Of a stretch of DNA of 64,000 nucleotides, positions 27,822 through 37,702 are shown in pieces. The DNA comes from Promethearchaeota archaeon (lineage in GTDB: Archaea; Asgardarchaeota; Lokiarchaeia; Sigyniarchaeales; SOKP01), in contig JAEOTP010000012.1 in NCBI GenBank assembly GCA_016839765.1, positions 1-64,000 of the forward strand. Direction: 5' to 3'. Numbering within the stretch: the first letter of the stretch is position 1; each line of letters begins with the position of its first letter. The notes under the pieces are model-generated. The model did not search any database. It was not told the DNA's origin and saw nothing but the letters and a program-made list of their open reading frames with translations. A program made the translations under genes and the position numbers.

Positions 27822-29138
27822 TCATGAGAAAGGTATTAGTATTACCAGATATAACATTGAAAATAACAAATGTATAAATGCAAAAATTGCTCCCATTTTT
27901 AATAATCTTTTATAATTAAGATTTTCCACACCACTATCTCTTGCCACTTTCAACGTCATCATATCTGCCGCTGCTCCCTGAGGAATAAAATTCCCCCCAA
28001 GATTAACCGCGATAATTAAGGAGAATATTAGAGGGATATAAGGAAAAGGAGGATCAAAAGTTATCAATGTATCAATTATTGGAATAAAAATTAAAGCTGT
28101 AGGAGTATTGGCTACAAACCCTGAAATTAAACTAATGATTATAAGTAACATAAAAGATAATAATATTGGATTTATGAATTGAAAGGGTAAACTCGCAAAA
28201 ATTTCGGCAAATCCAGCTTTTATGAGCGAACCAACAATTACATATAAAGATATAAAGAAAAATATGATTTCCCATTCAATGTCTCTAAGTAATTCTCCCA
28301 TTGGTTTTTTTGTAAATCTTTTATTAACAATGACTAGTATTAATGCCGCTGTGATAGCTGTTAAATAAAGAAGTGGTAAAATTGCAAAAAGGCTTATTGT
28401 TATAATTATTGCGATACTATTAAAGTAGAAATACTTCTTATTTTTTATCATTACATCGGCATCTACTAATTCTAATACAAATTGCTTCTGTTGGTCTTCA
28501 ATTTTTGGTTCCTTTGATAAAAGAAATCTGTCTATTAGAAAAATTGTTAAAAATAGTAATAAAAAAGAAAAGATCCAATAATATTGAATAAAATATAATG
28601 TATTCAAATCAGGAACCGGCGGAGACCAGTCGTATGTAGAGATGATGATATTTTCTCCGCTTGAGAATGGAGTAATCATAGAACCAATATTTATACAGAT
28701 TGTCATCCCCAATAAATAGGTTCCCGCCCTTATTTTTAAAAAATGGCATAACCTAACTACAACTGGAGCCAAAATCAAAACTACCACTACATCAGTAATA
28801 ATAGCCGCTAACAAAGTAGTAATGAGACATAACAGATAAAGAAAAGTTCTTTGGTTTCCTCTTGATAGTTTAAACAATTTAACCGCAACGAATTCTAAAA
28901 TATTTGAATCTTGAGCTACTTTTGTTATTAAACTCATACTAAGAATAATAATAATTGCTTCCCATTCTATCATTTGGATAAATTCTGTAAATTGAACATT
29001 TAAAAATATAAATGTAATTGTGGCTCCGATAAACATGCATAATAAAGAAATCGCTACAAAATCTAAATTTTTGATTGAATAACTTAGTATAATCAATATA
29101 AACAGTGCGAATAGAATGATTAGAACTGGAAGATTCAT
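27822..29138 (-). CDS. ArsB/NhaD/SLC13 ion-transporter superfamily permease
   Basis: NIGSMITPFSSGENII, SGFVANTP, NLGGNFIPQGAAA, many TMs. Confidence 0.82.
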   Translation of the reverse strand: MNLPVLIILFALFILIILSYSIKNLDFVAISLLCMFIGATITFIFLNVQFTEFIQMIEWEAIIIILSMSLITKVAQDSNILEFVAVKLFKLSRGNQRTFLYLLCLITTLLAAIITDVVVVLILAPVVVRLCHFLKIRAGTYLLGMTICINIGSMITPFSSGENIIISTYDWSPPVPDLNTLYFIQYYWIFSFLLLFLTIFLIDRFLLSKEPKIEDQQKQFVLELVDADVMIKNKKYFYFNSIAIIITISLFAILPLLYLTAITAALILVIVNKRFTKKPMGELLRDIEWEIIFFFISLYVIVGSLIKAGFAEIFASLPFQFINPILLSFMLLIIISLISGFVANTPTALIFIPIIDTLITFDPPFPYIPLIFSLIIAVNLGGNFIPQGAAADMMTLKVARDSGVENLNYKRLLKMGAIFAFIHLLFSMLYLVILIPFS

Positions 29139-29212
29139 TTATTCAATAATTATGGAAATTAGATTATTAATAATAATGTTAATAAATAGCTTTTAATAAA
29201 TCTTGATAAATT

Positions 29213-30061
29213 TTACTTATTCAATAAGAATAGTTGTAAGAGGAATTTAAATAGATTTAATTCATTTAACAGAGATAAATTCGATACTAAATAATCAAAA
29301 ATATTTTCATCAATAAAATATTTCAGACTTTTTTGATATCCTACTTCTGATTTAATCATTTCTACAACTCTTCTGATTAAATTTACAATCTGCTTCTCGA
29401 CTATAATCATATCAACATTTTTGGGATCAATGCTAATAATATTAATACCTGTAGTTCTATTAAAAGAAAATTTACATAATTCCGGATTTTGTTGTACATA
29501 CTCGTGATTTAAGTAATGCTCAAACATATTTTCAATACGCTTATATATTCTCTCCTTGTTATTAGGCTGGAAATGTGCTTCGATAACATTGATCAATAGG
29601 TTTAAAATTTGTTGGAACACTCCTAATATATCAAAATATTCGGCAAGAGCAGAAATATTCTCAGCTGTCAACCACTGCGTATAATATTCATCTATCACGT
29701 CTTTAAAAGGATTAAAAAGATCCGTATTACCTTTCCATAATGCTTTCCACTCTTCCTTGTCTTGTGCATATTCCTGTATAAAAGTCTGCATAATTATGCG
29801 TAAGCGTGCTTTTAAAATGTCAGAATTCACATCTTTCTCCGCAGCGGCTATAAAAAGTAAGTCTAACTCGGTATTTTCCAAATAAACCCATCTAAGTCCT
29901 GACATATCAATGCTTTCAATTACTTGCTTTAATTCAAACACAGTAAATTGGTTTATTGCTGTCAATAAACCAGAAATTAGATCTTCATTTAAAGCTAAAT
30001 CTAGATATGGTTTATATAATAAAGTTATTCCACTTTGAGAATCTAAAACCCATATATTCAT
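29213..30061 (-). CDS. Longin/roadblock-like N-terminal domain protein
   Basis: IWVLDSQSGITLL..EDLISGLLTAINQF..IESIDM..LLFIAAA pattern, typical of Asgard longin-like proteins. Confidence 0.55.
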   Translation of the reverse strand: MNIWVLDSQSGITLLYKPYLDLALNEDLISGLLTAINQFTVFELKQVIESIDMSGLRWVYLENTELDLLFIAAAEKDVNSDILKARLRIIMQTFIQEYAQDKEEWKALWKGNTDLFNPFKDVIDEYYTQWLTAENISALAEYFDILGVFQQILNLLINVIEAHFQPNNKERIYKRIENMFEHYLNHEYVQQNPELCKFSFNRTTGINIISIDPKNVDMIIVEKQIVNLIRRVVEMIKSEVGYQKSLKYFIDENIFDYLVSNLSLLNELNLFKFLLQLFLLNK

Positions 30062-30147
30062 CTTTAACCCAAATTATCAGATGTTATCTCTAAGTAAATT
30101 AAAACTCTTTATTAATAAATTTCTTTGGTAATCGAACATTAATTTTT

Positions 30148-30633
30148 TTATAATAATTCTTCGAGTTTCTTACTTTTACAATATTTTTCTAAATTTCTTA
30201 TCATATCAGTTATCTTCATTTGCAATGTGAGATCAGCCGCTCCACCCATTAAATTAAGAAAATCACTACTTAAGGTGAAATTTTCGATAAATATTCCAAC
30301 TTTGGATTTAGTGGGAGATAATGCTTTAATTCTTATCCTTCCCTCCAAATCTTTGACATCTTTATTATTTCTCACATTAAATTCAATCAGTCTACCTTTA
30401 TTTTGCTCCTCACCTTTATCAATTAGCACTAATTCACCTTCCATTTCTATTGGAACCTTAATAACATTGATTTCATCATACACTTTAGTATATAATACAT
30501 TAGGAGCGATAAATTCTGCTTCTAATTTCTTAGTCGGTTTAATTTCTTCCCAAAACTTTGCTTTATAAATTGCTTTAACAAGAATTTCATTATTACAATT
30601 ATTAATTTCTAAAACTTTCGAAATTTTAGTCAT
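30148..30633 (-). CDS. Hypothetical protein (possible SRPBCC/START-like fold)
   Basis: 161-aa ORF, beta-rich core with a C-terminal helix. Confidence 0.6.
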   Translation of the reverse strand: MTKISKVLEINNCNNEILVKAIYKAKFWEEIKPTKKLEAEFIAPNVLYTKVYDEINVIKVPIEMEGELVLIDKGEEQNKGRLIEFNVRNNKDVKDLEGRIRIKALSPTKSKVGIFIENFTLSSDFLNLMGGAADLTLQMKITDMIRNLEKYCKSKKLEELL

Positions 30634-30847
30634 ACTAAATTAAAATTTTTAATGTTCTAATTAAATAAATAGAAATTTAGAAAGTTTATAATTGTTTATA
30701 TCTATTTGAGATTTAAAGGAAAAGCCTCAGACTTCCTAGATTATCTCATGTTTATAGACTTTAAATCATATTAGATTTTTTCATCATTGGCTAGATATAC
30801 TTATATTCCCTTATATTTAAGTAAAGGAAATAAAATTAATTTAAGAA

Positions 30848-31048
30848 TTAAGGGTTTCGAAATAATTTGCTTTTTTCTGTATTTTGTTCCTCATGACAAT
30901 GAGGACAAATCCAAGTTGTTTGATTTTTTTTAACTGAATTTATACAATCAGTACAGATCGTTATGTCACAGATACAGTAATAGCATTCGTTGAGAAGATC
31001 TTCACAACTTTTTCCACAGATATAACAAAAAGGTGGATTTTTGGACAT
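30848..31048 (-). CDS. Stand-alone C4C4 RING-type zinc finger protein
   Basis: C-x2-C-x13-C-x-C-x4-C-x2-C-x12-C-x2-C. Confidence 0.72.
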   Translation of the reverse strand: MSKNPPFCYICGKSCEDLLNECYYCICDITICTDCINSVKKNQTTWICPHCHEEQNTEKSKLFRNP

Positions 31049-31137
31049 CTTATATCAAAATAAAAACCTAATTCGATATTATGTATTATCTTTTTAATTT
31101 TAAAAATTATTTTATTTAATAACCACATTAAAGTATA

Positions 31138-31335
31138 TTGTATATTATGAATAATCAACTAAGATCTCGAATAACTTTATTGAGCCTTTTGAGTATATTT
31201 TTTATATATAAAGCCATAATGGGAATAATTGAACAGAATATTTTTGATTTTACCTTATGGTTTCTTATAACTATTATTTACTTAATATCACTTGTAATAT
31301 TGTATTTTGTTATTAGGAATAAGCAGAATGCGTAG
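31138..31335 (+). CDS. Small two-TM membrane protein
   Basis: Two hydrophobic stretches; the start may be ATG 31147. Confidence 0.55.
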   Translation: MYIMNNQLRSRITLLSLLSIFFIYKAIMGIIEQNIFDFTLWFLITIIYLISLVILYFVIRNKQNA

Positions 31336-31387
31336 GAATTGCCTTATACTGCAAAACTAATAAAAATTTAGAAGAAAAAGTTACAAC

Positions 31388-31642
31388 TTACTTTTTCCTC
31401 TTTAAGAAAGAGTCAAGTCCAAGAGTTTTGAATATAGTGTCTTTAATATCCATCTGGATTTTCATATCTCGCATGATTTTAAGTGATTCTTCAAGAGTTT
31501 TCGAGAAATTTTTACTCATTTCTTTAATTGTATCAGAAGTTAACTGTAATGACTCTCTTATTGCTTTATTTGTTTCATGTAATTCCTCAGCCATTTTATC
31601 TATACTTTTTCTCAATTCAGAAAGTTCATTTTTAAGCCCCAT
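31388..31642 (-). CDS. Small coiled-coil hypothetical protein
   Basis: 84 aa with a heptad pattern. Confidence 0.65.
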   Translation of the reverse strand: MGLKNELSELRKSIDKMAEELHETNKAIRESLQLTSDTIKEMSKNFSKTLEESLKIMRDMKIQMDIKDTIFKTLGLDSFLKRKK

Positions 31643-31787
31643 AATGAAACGCGCTAATATTTATACCATTTGTGTCAAAAATATTTCAAGACTTTAGTAT
31701 ATTTCTAAAATTATTATAGATAATAAATATTCTTTTATAACTTCATTTTCTTATTTAATATAATTATTTTAAAAATTAAATTCGAAA

Positions 31788-31943
31788 ATGTCAGAATGGA
31801 AATATAGAATAGAAGAATCGGAACCTGATGATAACTATTGTTCAGGATGAGTAATCATCGATTCCATCATTGCAAGTTTCAGAAATATAAAAAAAAAGCG
31901 AAATGAAAAAAAGGTAAATTCAAAAAAAAATCTCAAAGATTAA
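31788..31943 (+). CDS. Candidate small selenoprotein with a CxxU motif (or a 20-aa peptide if TGA is a stop)
   Basis: MSEWKYRIEESEPDDNYCSG-TGA(31848)-VIIDSIIASFRNIKKKRNEKKVNSKKNLKD*. Confidence 0.35.
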
Positions 31944-32035
31944 GTTAAAAAATGTTAGGATTTAATCTTGTAAGTCTTGTGAGGACTTGAGATAATAACA
32001 ATTTTGATTTTTTTATTTTTAAAAAACTACAAATC

Positions 32036-33403
32036 CTAAAATGGATTATTTGCTCCTTCCCCAACTTTTCGATATATAAATCCCTTACTTTCAAGCTTTT
32101 CCCTATTAAAGATATTCCTACCATCGATGATAATAGGAGTTCTTAATCTTTTTTTTAAATCATCCAAATCTATATTATAATATTGCTTATGGTTTGTAGT
32201 AAAGATTAAAACATCCGCTTCTGATACTGCTTCATTAAAATTAGTGGTGAATTCTGTTAAATTATAATCTTTTAATTTAACATAAGGATCATGGGCAATA
32301 TACACAATATTATGTGAGTGATATTTACTCGTTAAAAATTTAACTATATGTTCTGTTGGAGTATTTCGAACATCATCTGTATTTGCTTTATATGAAACTC
32401 CTAAAAGAACTACTTTTATATTATCAACTAATTTTCCTACTTCTTCAAGAGCATCCTCCATTAATTCCACCATATGTTTAGGCATATAATCATTTAAATT
32501 TCTGGAATCAGTGATTATTTTTATCTTCGGTTTATTTTTATTTGGTGTATATTTATCATATCCATACAACAATAACCATGGATCCTTTGTTAAACAGTGA
32601 CCTCCAACTCCAGATCCAGGAAAATGCATCATTCTATCCTCTCTCTGATTTATTAATTTAATAATTTCAAAGATATTCCTGTCAAAATCCTCACATAATA
32701 ATGCCATTTCATTTGCAAAGGCTATATTCACATCTCTATAAGCATTTTCGATACATTTAGTTAATTCTGCTGTAAGTGTATCTGTTATGTGTAGTTCTTC
32801 TTTAACAATTTTACCATATAGAAATTTTGCTCTTTCATTTGCTTCTTTACAACCCCCACCAATCACACGAGGGATATCAGTAATAAATTCTAATAGTTTA
32901 CCGGGCATAACACGTTCAAAAGAAAAAACTAAATAAAAATCCTCACCCCTTTTTAATCCACTTCCTTCTTCCAATATTGGTTGTACAATATTATTGGTTG
33001 TTCCAGGAGCAACAGTTGATTCAATAATTATCGTTACGCCTTTTCTCATATGTTTGGATATTTTTTCAGAGACTTCTATAAGTGATTCATATCTGGGGAT
33101 TTTATCTTCCATTTCAACAGGTGTTTGTACGTCAATTAAAATAAAATCCGCATTATTGCAACTATCATAACTCTCAGAAACGTAAAATTTCTTATTCTTT
33201 ACTACTCTAGAAATTAATTCATCTAATCCAGGTTCCTCTCCTTCAAAGGGATTTTTTCCACTATTAAGCCAATCTATTTTCCACCCCGATCTTTGAGAAC
33301 TTCGCTGAATTCCAGTAACAAAAAAATCTTCAACATCCGCTAGAATTGCAGCCATGGGAATTCCAACATAACCCATTCCAATAACAACAATATTCGTTGG
33401 CAT
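32036..33403 (-). CDS. wecC: Nucleotide-sugar dehydrogenase (UDP-N-acetyl-hexosamine dehydrogenase, WecC-like)
   Basis: GMGYVG, ESTVAPGTT, ENAYRDVNIAFANE, PGSGVGGHCL, YKANTDDVRNTP. Confidence 0.85.
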   Translation of the reverse strand: MPTNIVVIGMGYVGIPMAAILADVEDFFVTGIQRSSQRSGWKIDWLNSGKNPFEGEEPGLDELISRVVKNKKFYVSESYDSCNNADFILIDVQTPVEMEDKIPRYESLIEVSEKISKHMRKGVTIIIESTVAPGTTNNIVQPILEEGSGLKRGEDFYLVFSFERVMPGKLLEFITDIPRVIGGGCKEANERAKFLYGKIVKEELHITDTLTAELTKCIENAYRDVNIAFANEMALLCEDFDRNIFEIIKLINQREDRMMHFPGSGVGGHCLTKDPWLLLYGYDKYTPNKNKPKIKIITDSRNLNDYMPKHMVELMEDALEEVGKLVDNIKVVLLGVSYKANTDDVRNTPTEHIVKFLTSKYHSHNIVYIAHDPYVKLKDYNLTEFTTNFNEAVSEADVLIFTTNHKQYYNIDLDDLKKRLRTPIIIDGRNIFNREKLESKGFIYRKVGEGANNPF

Positions 33404-33509
33404 TATGATTCAAGTATTAGTAAGTTATTAAGGTTTTAAATAACTCATGATTGAAAAAACTTTATAAAAAATCAATTTTATTAAAAAAAAGAAAATTTAT
33501 GGAATGAAA

Positions 33510-34196
33510 TTAGGATTTCGGTTTCTTCTTATACGATGTGCCTTTTACTCCTTTAAAGATTCCAGCGATTATTGCTCCCGCTATGAAACCCCCTGCATGC
33601 GCCCAGTGCGCTGTAGAAGACCCAAATGGATTATAAAATGAATAAATAGCATAACTCAATTCGGTTATAAAATAAGTAAGTATGAAATAGCCTGCATTTA
33701 CTTTTCGCATTGACGTACCCGTTGCAGATGGAAGATAAAATTTATTGCCGGGGTAAAGAATTAGATAAACTCCCATAAGACCAAATATCGCTCCAGATGC
33801 ACCTAATGAAGGTATGCTTGCTAATAATGGACCCCAGACAGGGATAATTATCGCAGTTAAAGCATGAAGTAAAGTACCACAGAGCCCTGAAACTAAATAG
33901 GTAATAAGGTATGGGAAATGACCCAATGCGTGTTCACAGTTGTCTGTAATTACAATGAAAAACCACATATTCATGATTATGTGTACAATATCACCATGCA
34001 TAAACATTGAAGTCAATAAAGTCCACAATTTCTGCCCCGCAAAAAATTCTGCGGGAACAAATGCAAATTCAATATGCATTTGACCAGTAGGGTCCAATAA
34101 TTGCCAAATAAATACAATTATATTAGCCGCTAAAATAACTACTGAAAAATATTGCTTAAAGAAAGGAATTTTATCACTTTCAGCTTCTAAAACCAA
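33510..34196 (-). CDS. Rhomboid intramembrane serine protease
   Basis: SMFMHG..H..NM, GASG, AHWAHAGG. Confidence 0.92.
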   Translation of the reverse strand: MVLEAESDKIPFFKQYFSVVILAANIIVFIWQLLDPTGQMHIEFAFVPAEFFAGQKLWTLLTSMFMHGDIVHIIMNMWFFIVITDNCEHALGHFPYLITYLVSGLCGTLLHALTAIIIPVWGPLLASIPSLGASGAIFGLMGVYLILYPGNKFYLPSATGTSMRKVNAGYFILTYFITELSYAIYSFYNPFGSSTAHWAHAGGFIAGAIIAGIFKGVKGTSYKKKPKS

Positions 34197-34308
34197 TTTA
34201 ATTCACTATTTTCAGTTAATTTTTATGAATATAATTACTTGTAGAATCTTCAAATTATTTAAGGATTATCATATTGGATAATAGATACCAAAAAAGGAAA
34301 AAAATAAT

Positions 34309-35142
34309 TTAATAAATCTTTGGTGTTTCAGAAGGATTTCCTAACATTTCATTCATTAACTCTAAAAAGTTATCAAAGTGTCCAGGTAATACTTTTTGAG
34401 TGTAGAATGCTTCAGCTGCTTTTATATTGGCCTTTTTCCCTATCGTAGATGCAATTGATCTTAACAATCGGTTTGCATATTTCGACAATTTCTTTAATTC
34501 TTCTGGCGAAACATTAGCAGGATCAATATCTGGCGCAAAAAATCGAGCTAAAAGTGTTAAAGTTGCTTCAAATTTCAGGGCTGCTTCAACTTTCTTTTCA
34601 ATTGTAGAAGAAATATTTACAAAACAATTAGGAGAATGGCCTAACAACCCCATAAACCATACTTCCGAACAAGAATATGGGTTTATATCATCTTTTACTT
34701 GTTCAGAATAGAGTAACGGAAATGCAGCAAAAGCTCCTGCTTCTGATGCCATCCTTCCAACAATTACATGGTCAGGGTGTACTTCGTAAGGAACCCACGG
34801 ATCAAAAGTCATTACTCGGTCAGCGCGTAACTTTCTAATAAAGTATATGAGTTTTTCTCGTAACTCTTGTCTGGGGATGAATCCTCCGTCCGGGTAATCC
34901 AATAGTATCGTTTTTTTAATTCCAAGTATTTTATTCGCTTCCTTTAGTTCTTTTTCTCGCATTTTTGCAACGTCCTCTTTAGTTAAATCAGTTCTTAGAG
35001 TTCCAAGATTTCCATTTGTACAACATAAAGCAAAAATATTATGCCCTTCTTCCGCCCATTTAGCTAAGGTTCCCGAACAGAAGATAGAAAGATCATCTGG
35101 ATGGCTGAAAATAGCCAAAACATTTATTTTTTTGGAATTCAA
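34309..35142 (-). CDS. PIG-L/LmbE family deacetylase
   Basis: SHPDD, RxxE and HPDH motifs. Confidence 0.9.
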   Translation of the reverse strand: MNSKKINVLAIFSHPDDLSIFCSGTLAKWAEEGHNIFALCCTNGNLGTLRTDLTKEDVAKMREKELKEANKILGIKKTILLDYPDGGFIPRQELREKLIYFIRKLRADRVMTFDPWVPYEVHPDHVIVGRMASEAGAFAAFPLLYSEQVKDDINPYSCSEVWFMGLLGHSPNCFVNISSTIEKKVEAALKFEATLTLLARFFAPDIDPANVSPEELKKLSKYANRLLRSIASTIGKKANIKAAEAFYTQKVLPGHFDNFLELMNEMLGNPSETPKIY

Positions 35143-35261
35143 TTAAATCACCTGTTTTTAATTGATGAATAAAATATAACTTATTTATAAAACAAATTCA
35201 GTAATATTATTTAAAAATTTAAACCTTTATGCAATAAAAATAAAATTTTAGATGAATATTT

Positions 35262-36455
35262 ATGAAAATTGGACGATTAAGCCTAAATAACATTGCTAAA
35301 ATAAGACCCGATTCAGTAAAAAGAAAAAGAATTTCTAGTTATGACAAAACTGGTGGAAATTTTGATTGGCTTGAGATAGAATCTGGTGAAAAAGTAATCA
35401 TTGCTGAAGATAAGGGTACTGGGAGTATTAAGCATATTTGGTGCACCTCTTGGTGTAGAACAAAACATTACTTAAGAAATATAATTATTAGAATGTATTG
35501 GGACGGTGAACAAGAAAATAATCCTAGTGTAGAGGTTCCATTAGGCGATTTTTTTGGATTAGGTCATGCAAAGCACAAGAATTTTGTTTCTTTGCCTTTA
35601 CAAATGAGTCCTAGATCAGGTAAAGGATTTAATTGCTGGTGGCCAATGCCCTTTTCATTGGGATTTAGAATTACTATTGAAAATGACAGTTCGAAAAAAT
35701 TGAAATTGTATTATTATATTGATTATGAAATTTATGAAGATGGTTTTAAAAATGAAAATGATTTTGGGAGATTTCACGCTCAATGGCACAGAGAAAATCC
35801 TCCAGAAGCAAAAAGATTGGATGTTGTAACTGGGAAAAAGTATAAAAGATCGAAGCCAAAAAGTTTCCAGTTTCTTGGAAATAATACAGAACCATTAAAG
35901 TTTAACTATAAAATTCTTAACGCAAAGGGAAAAGGGCATTATGTAGGATGTCATTTAGATATAGACAACACTACTTCTTTACCTTATTATCTCAATTGGC
36001 CAGGAGAAGGAGATGACCAAATTTTCATTGATGATGATGTAGATAAAGGGATTCCAACTTTATATGGTACTGGAACAGAGGATTATGTAAATCAGTCCTG
36101 GGCACAGCAAAAAAAATATTTTGCACCATACCATGGTACTATTTTAGGCGGGGGTCTTAATTGGTGGGGTAAAATTTCTTATTATCGTTATCACATAGAA
36201 GATCCAGTCTATTTTAATAAAAAAATAGTTGTTTCAATAGAACATGGACATGATAATCATAGGAGAGATGATTGGTCTTCTACAGCATATTGGTATCAAG
36301 TTGAGCCACATGATTACAACTTATTTCCAAAATTATTAGATCGGGAAGCGAGAAAGCCAAAATCTCACATTGGTCATACTATTAGAAAATCATTCTGCAT
36401 ATTGGTACTAATTTCAATTGTATTCTTATGGATATACTTTACTTATCTAATCTAG
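35262..36455 (+). CDS. DUF2961 / glycoside hydrolase family 172-like protein with a C-terminal TM anchor
   Basis: MYWDGE..PSVEVPLGDFFG, FNCWWPMPF, WPGEGDD, GTGTEDY, IEHGH..DWSSTAYWY. Confidence 0.85.
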   Translation: MKIGRLSLNNIAKIRPDSVKRKRISSYDKTGGNFDWLEIESGEKVIIAEDKGTGSIKHIWCTSWCRTKHYLRNIIIRMYWDGEQENNPSVEVPLGDFFGLGHAKHKNFVSLPLQMSPRSGKGFNCWWPMPFSLGFRITIENDSSKKLKLYYYIDYEIYEDGFKNENDFGRFHAQWHRENPPEAKRLDVVTGKKYKRSKPKSFQFLGNNTEPLKFNYKILNAKGKGHYVGCHLDIDNTTSLPYYLNWPGEGDDQIFIDDDVDKGIPTLYGTGTEDYVNQSWAQQKKYFAPYHGTILGGGLNWWGKISYYRYHIEDPVYFNKKIVVSIEHGHDNHRRDDWSSTAYWYQVEPHDYNLFPKLLDREARKPKSHIGHTIRKSFCILVLISIVFLWIYFTYLI

Positions 36456-36517
36456 AATATCATTTAATTTATGGTAGATAAACAAAAGAAAATAATAAGA
36501 AAGAAAAGGGTTGAATT

Positions 36518-36910
36518 TTAAAGTATACCCTTTTCTTTTAAAAGTTTTTTAACATATTTTAATAAATCCTTTCCAGAAAAAGGTTTAGTGATATATCCAT
36601 CTGCCCCTAAAGCCTTTCCTTTTTGAATATCTTCGTTAAAACTCTTAACAGTAAAAAGTACAACAAGAATATCTTTAAAAAGATCATTACCTTTCAAATT
36701 CTGGAGTACTTCCCAGCCAGAAAGTCCAGGCATCATAACGTCAAGCAAAATTAACACAATACCGGGATATTTCTCTTCTACAATCTTTAGAGCCTCTTTC
36801 CCATTATTACAAGTAATCGTATCATAATTTTCTAGCTCCAAAAATTTTTGTGTAAGGTTTACAATATCAGGCTCGTCATCAACGACGAGTATTGTCTTTT
36901 TCTCAGCCAT
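36518..36910 (-). CDS. CheY-like single-domain response regulator
   Basis: ILVVDDE, LLDVMMPGLSG, GADGYITKPF. Confidence 0.93.
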   Translation of the reverse strand: MAEKKTILVVDDEPDIVNLTQKFLELENYDTITCNNGKEALKIVEEKYPGIVLILLDVMMPGLSGWEVLQNLKGNDLFKDILVVLFTVKSFNEDIQKGKALGADGYITKPFSGKDLLKYVKKLLKEKGIL

Positions 36911-37039
36911 TTTACTTCCGATCTTAAAGGTTAAATTATAATTTGTCTTAATTTATTTGGTATCATTAAAATTTTTAACTAATATATATGCATTTTTGTA
37001 TTTAAATAGTTTATCTGATTTTTATATATTTGATCCTAT

Positions 37040-37696
37040 ATGACGCGGAAAAACAAACTTCCAGAATTTCCAAATTCTTATTTAGGTGAAAAATCCTATG
37101 AATATGACAATTCAAAATGGATGGAAAGAAACCAAAATAAAACTACATTGTTATGTTTCCAATATTTATGTGATGAAAAATTGGATAACGTAGGAAAAAA
37201 AGATGTTTTGGACAAAAAACCATACATAACTCTGGATTTAGGATGCGGAACAGGATTTTCTTCTGAAATATTAATAGCCTCAGGTTTAAAAGTTATTGGT
37301 GTAGATATTTTGTTTGACATGCTTATAAAAGCTAAATCCAAAATACCTCACCTTGAAAATGGCTCGAATCTATATCTTATTCTTGCAGATATGAAATATT
37401 TACCTATAAGATCTAATTCAATTAATCATATAATTTCAATTTCAGCGTATAATTTCATATTGCATGAAAAAAAAGATTATAAAGACAGAAACAAAACTGT
37501 GAATAATACAGCTAAATCTTTAAAAAGAATATTAAAACCAAATGGAAGGATGATCATTGAATTCTACCCAACTAATGAGGAAGAATTGAATCTTTTCAGG
37601 TCTTCATTTACGGATAATGGGTTTAATGGATTTATGATTAAGCAGAATCCAAAACAAAAGAAGGGTCAAACTTTCCTATTATTAAAAAGGTGGTGA
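37040..37696 (+). CDS. Class I SAM methyltransferase, Bud23/WBSCR22-like
   Basis: LDLGCGTG, GVDI..ML, ISISA, FYPxN, GFNG..NP..KK..LLL. Confidence 0.8.
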   Translation: MTRKNKLPEFPNSYLGEKSYEYDNSKWMERNQNKTTLLCFQYLCDEKLDNVGKKDVLDKKPYITLDLGCGTGFSSEILIASGLKVIGVDILFDMLIKAKSKIPHLENGSNLYLILADMKYLPIRSNSINHIISISAYNFILHEKKDYKDRNKTVNNTAKSLKRILKPNGRMIIEFYPTNEEELNLFRSSFTDNGFNGFMIKQNPKQKKGQTFLLLKRW

Positions 37697-37702
37697 TACA
37701 AC

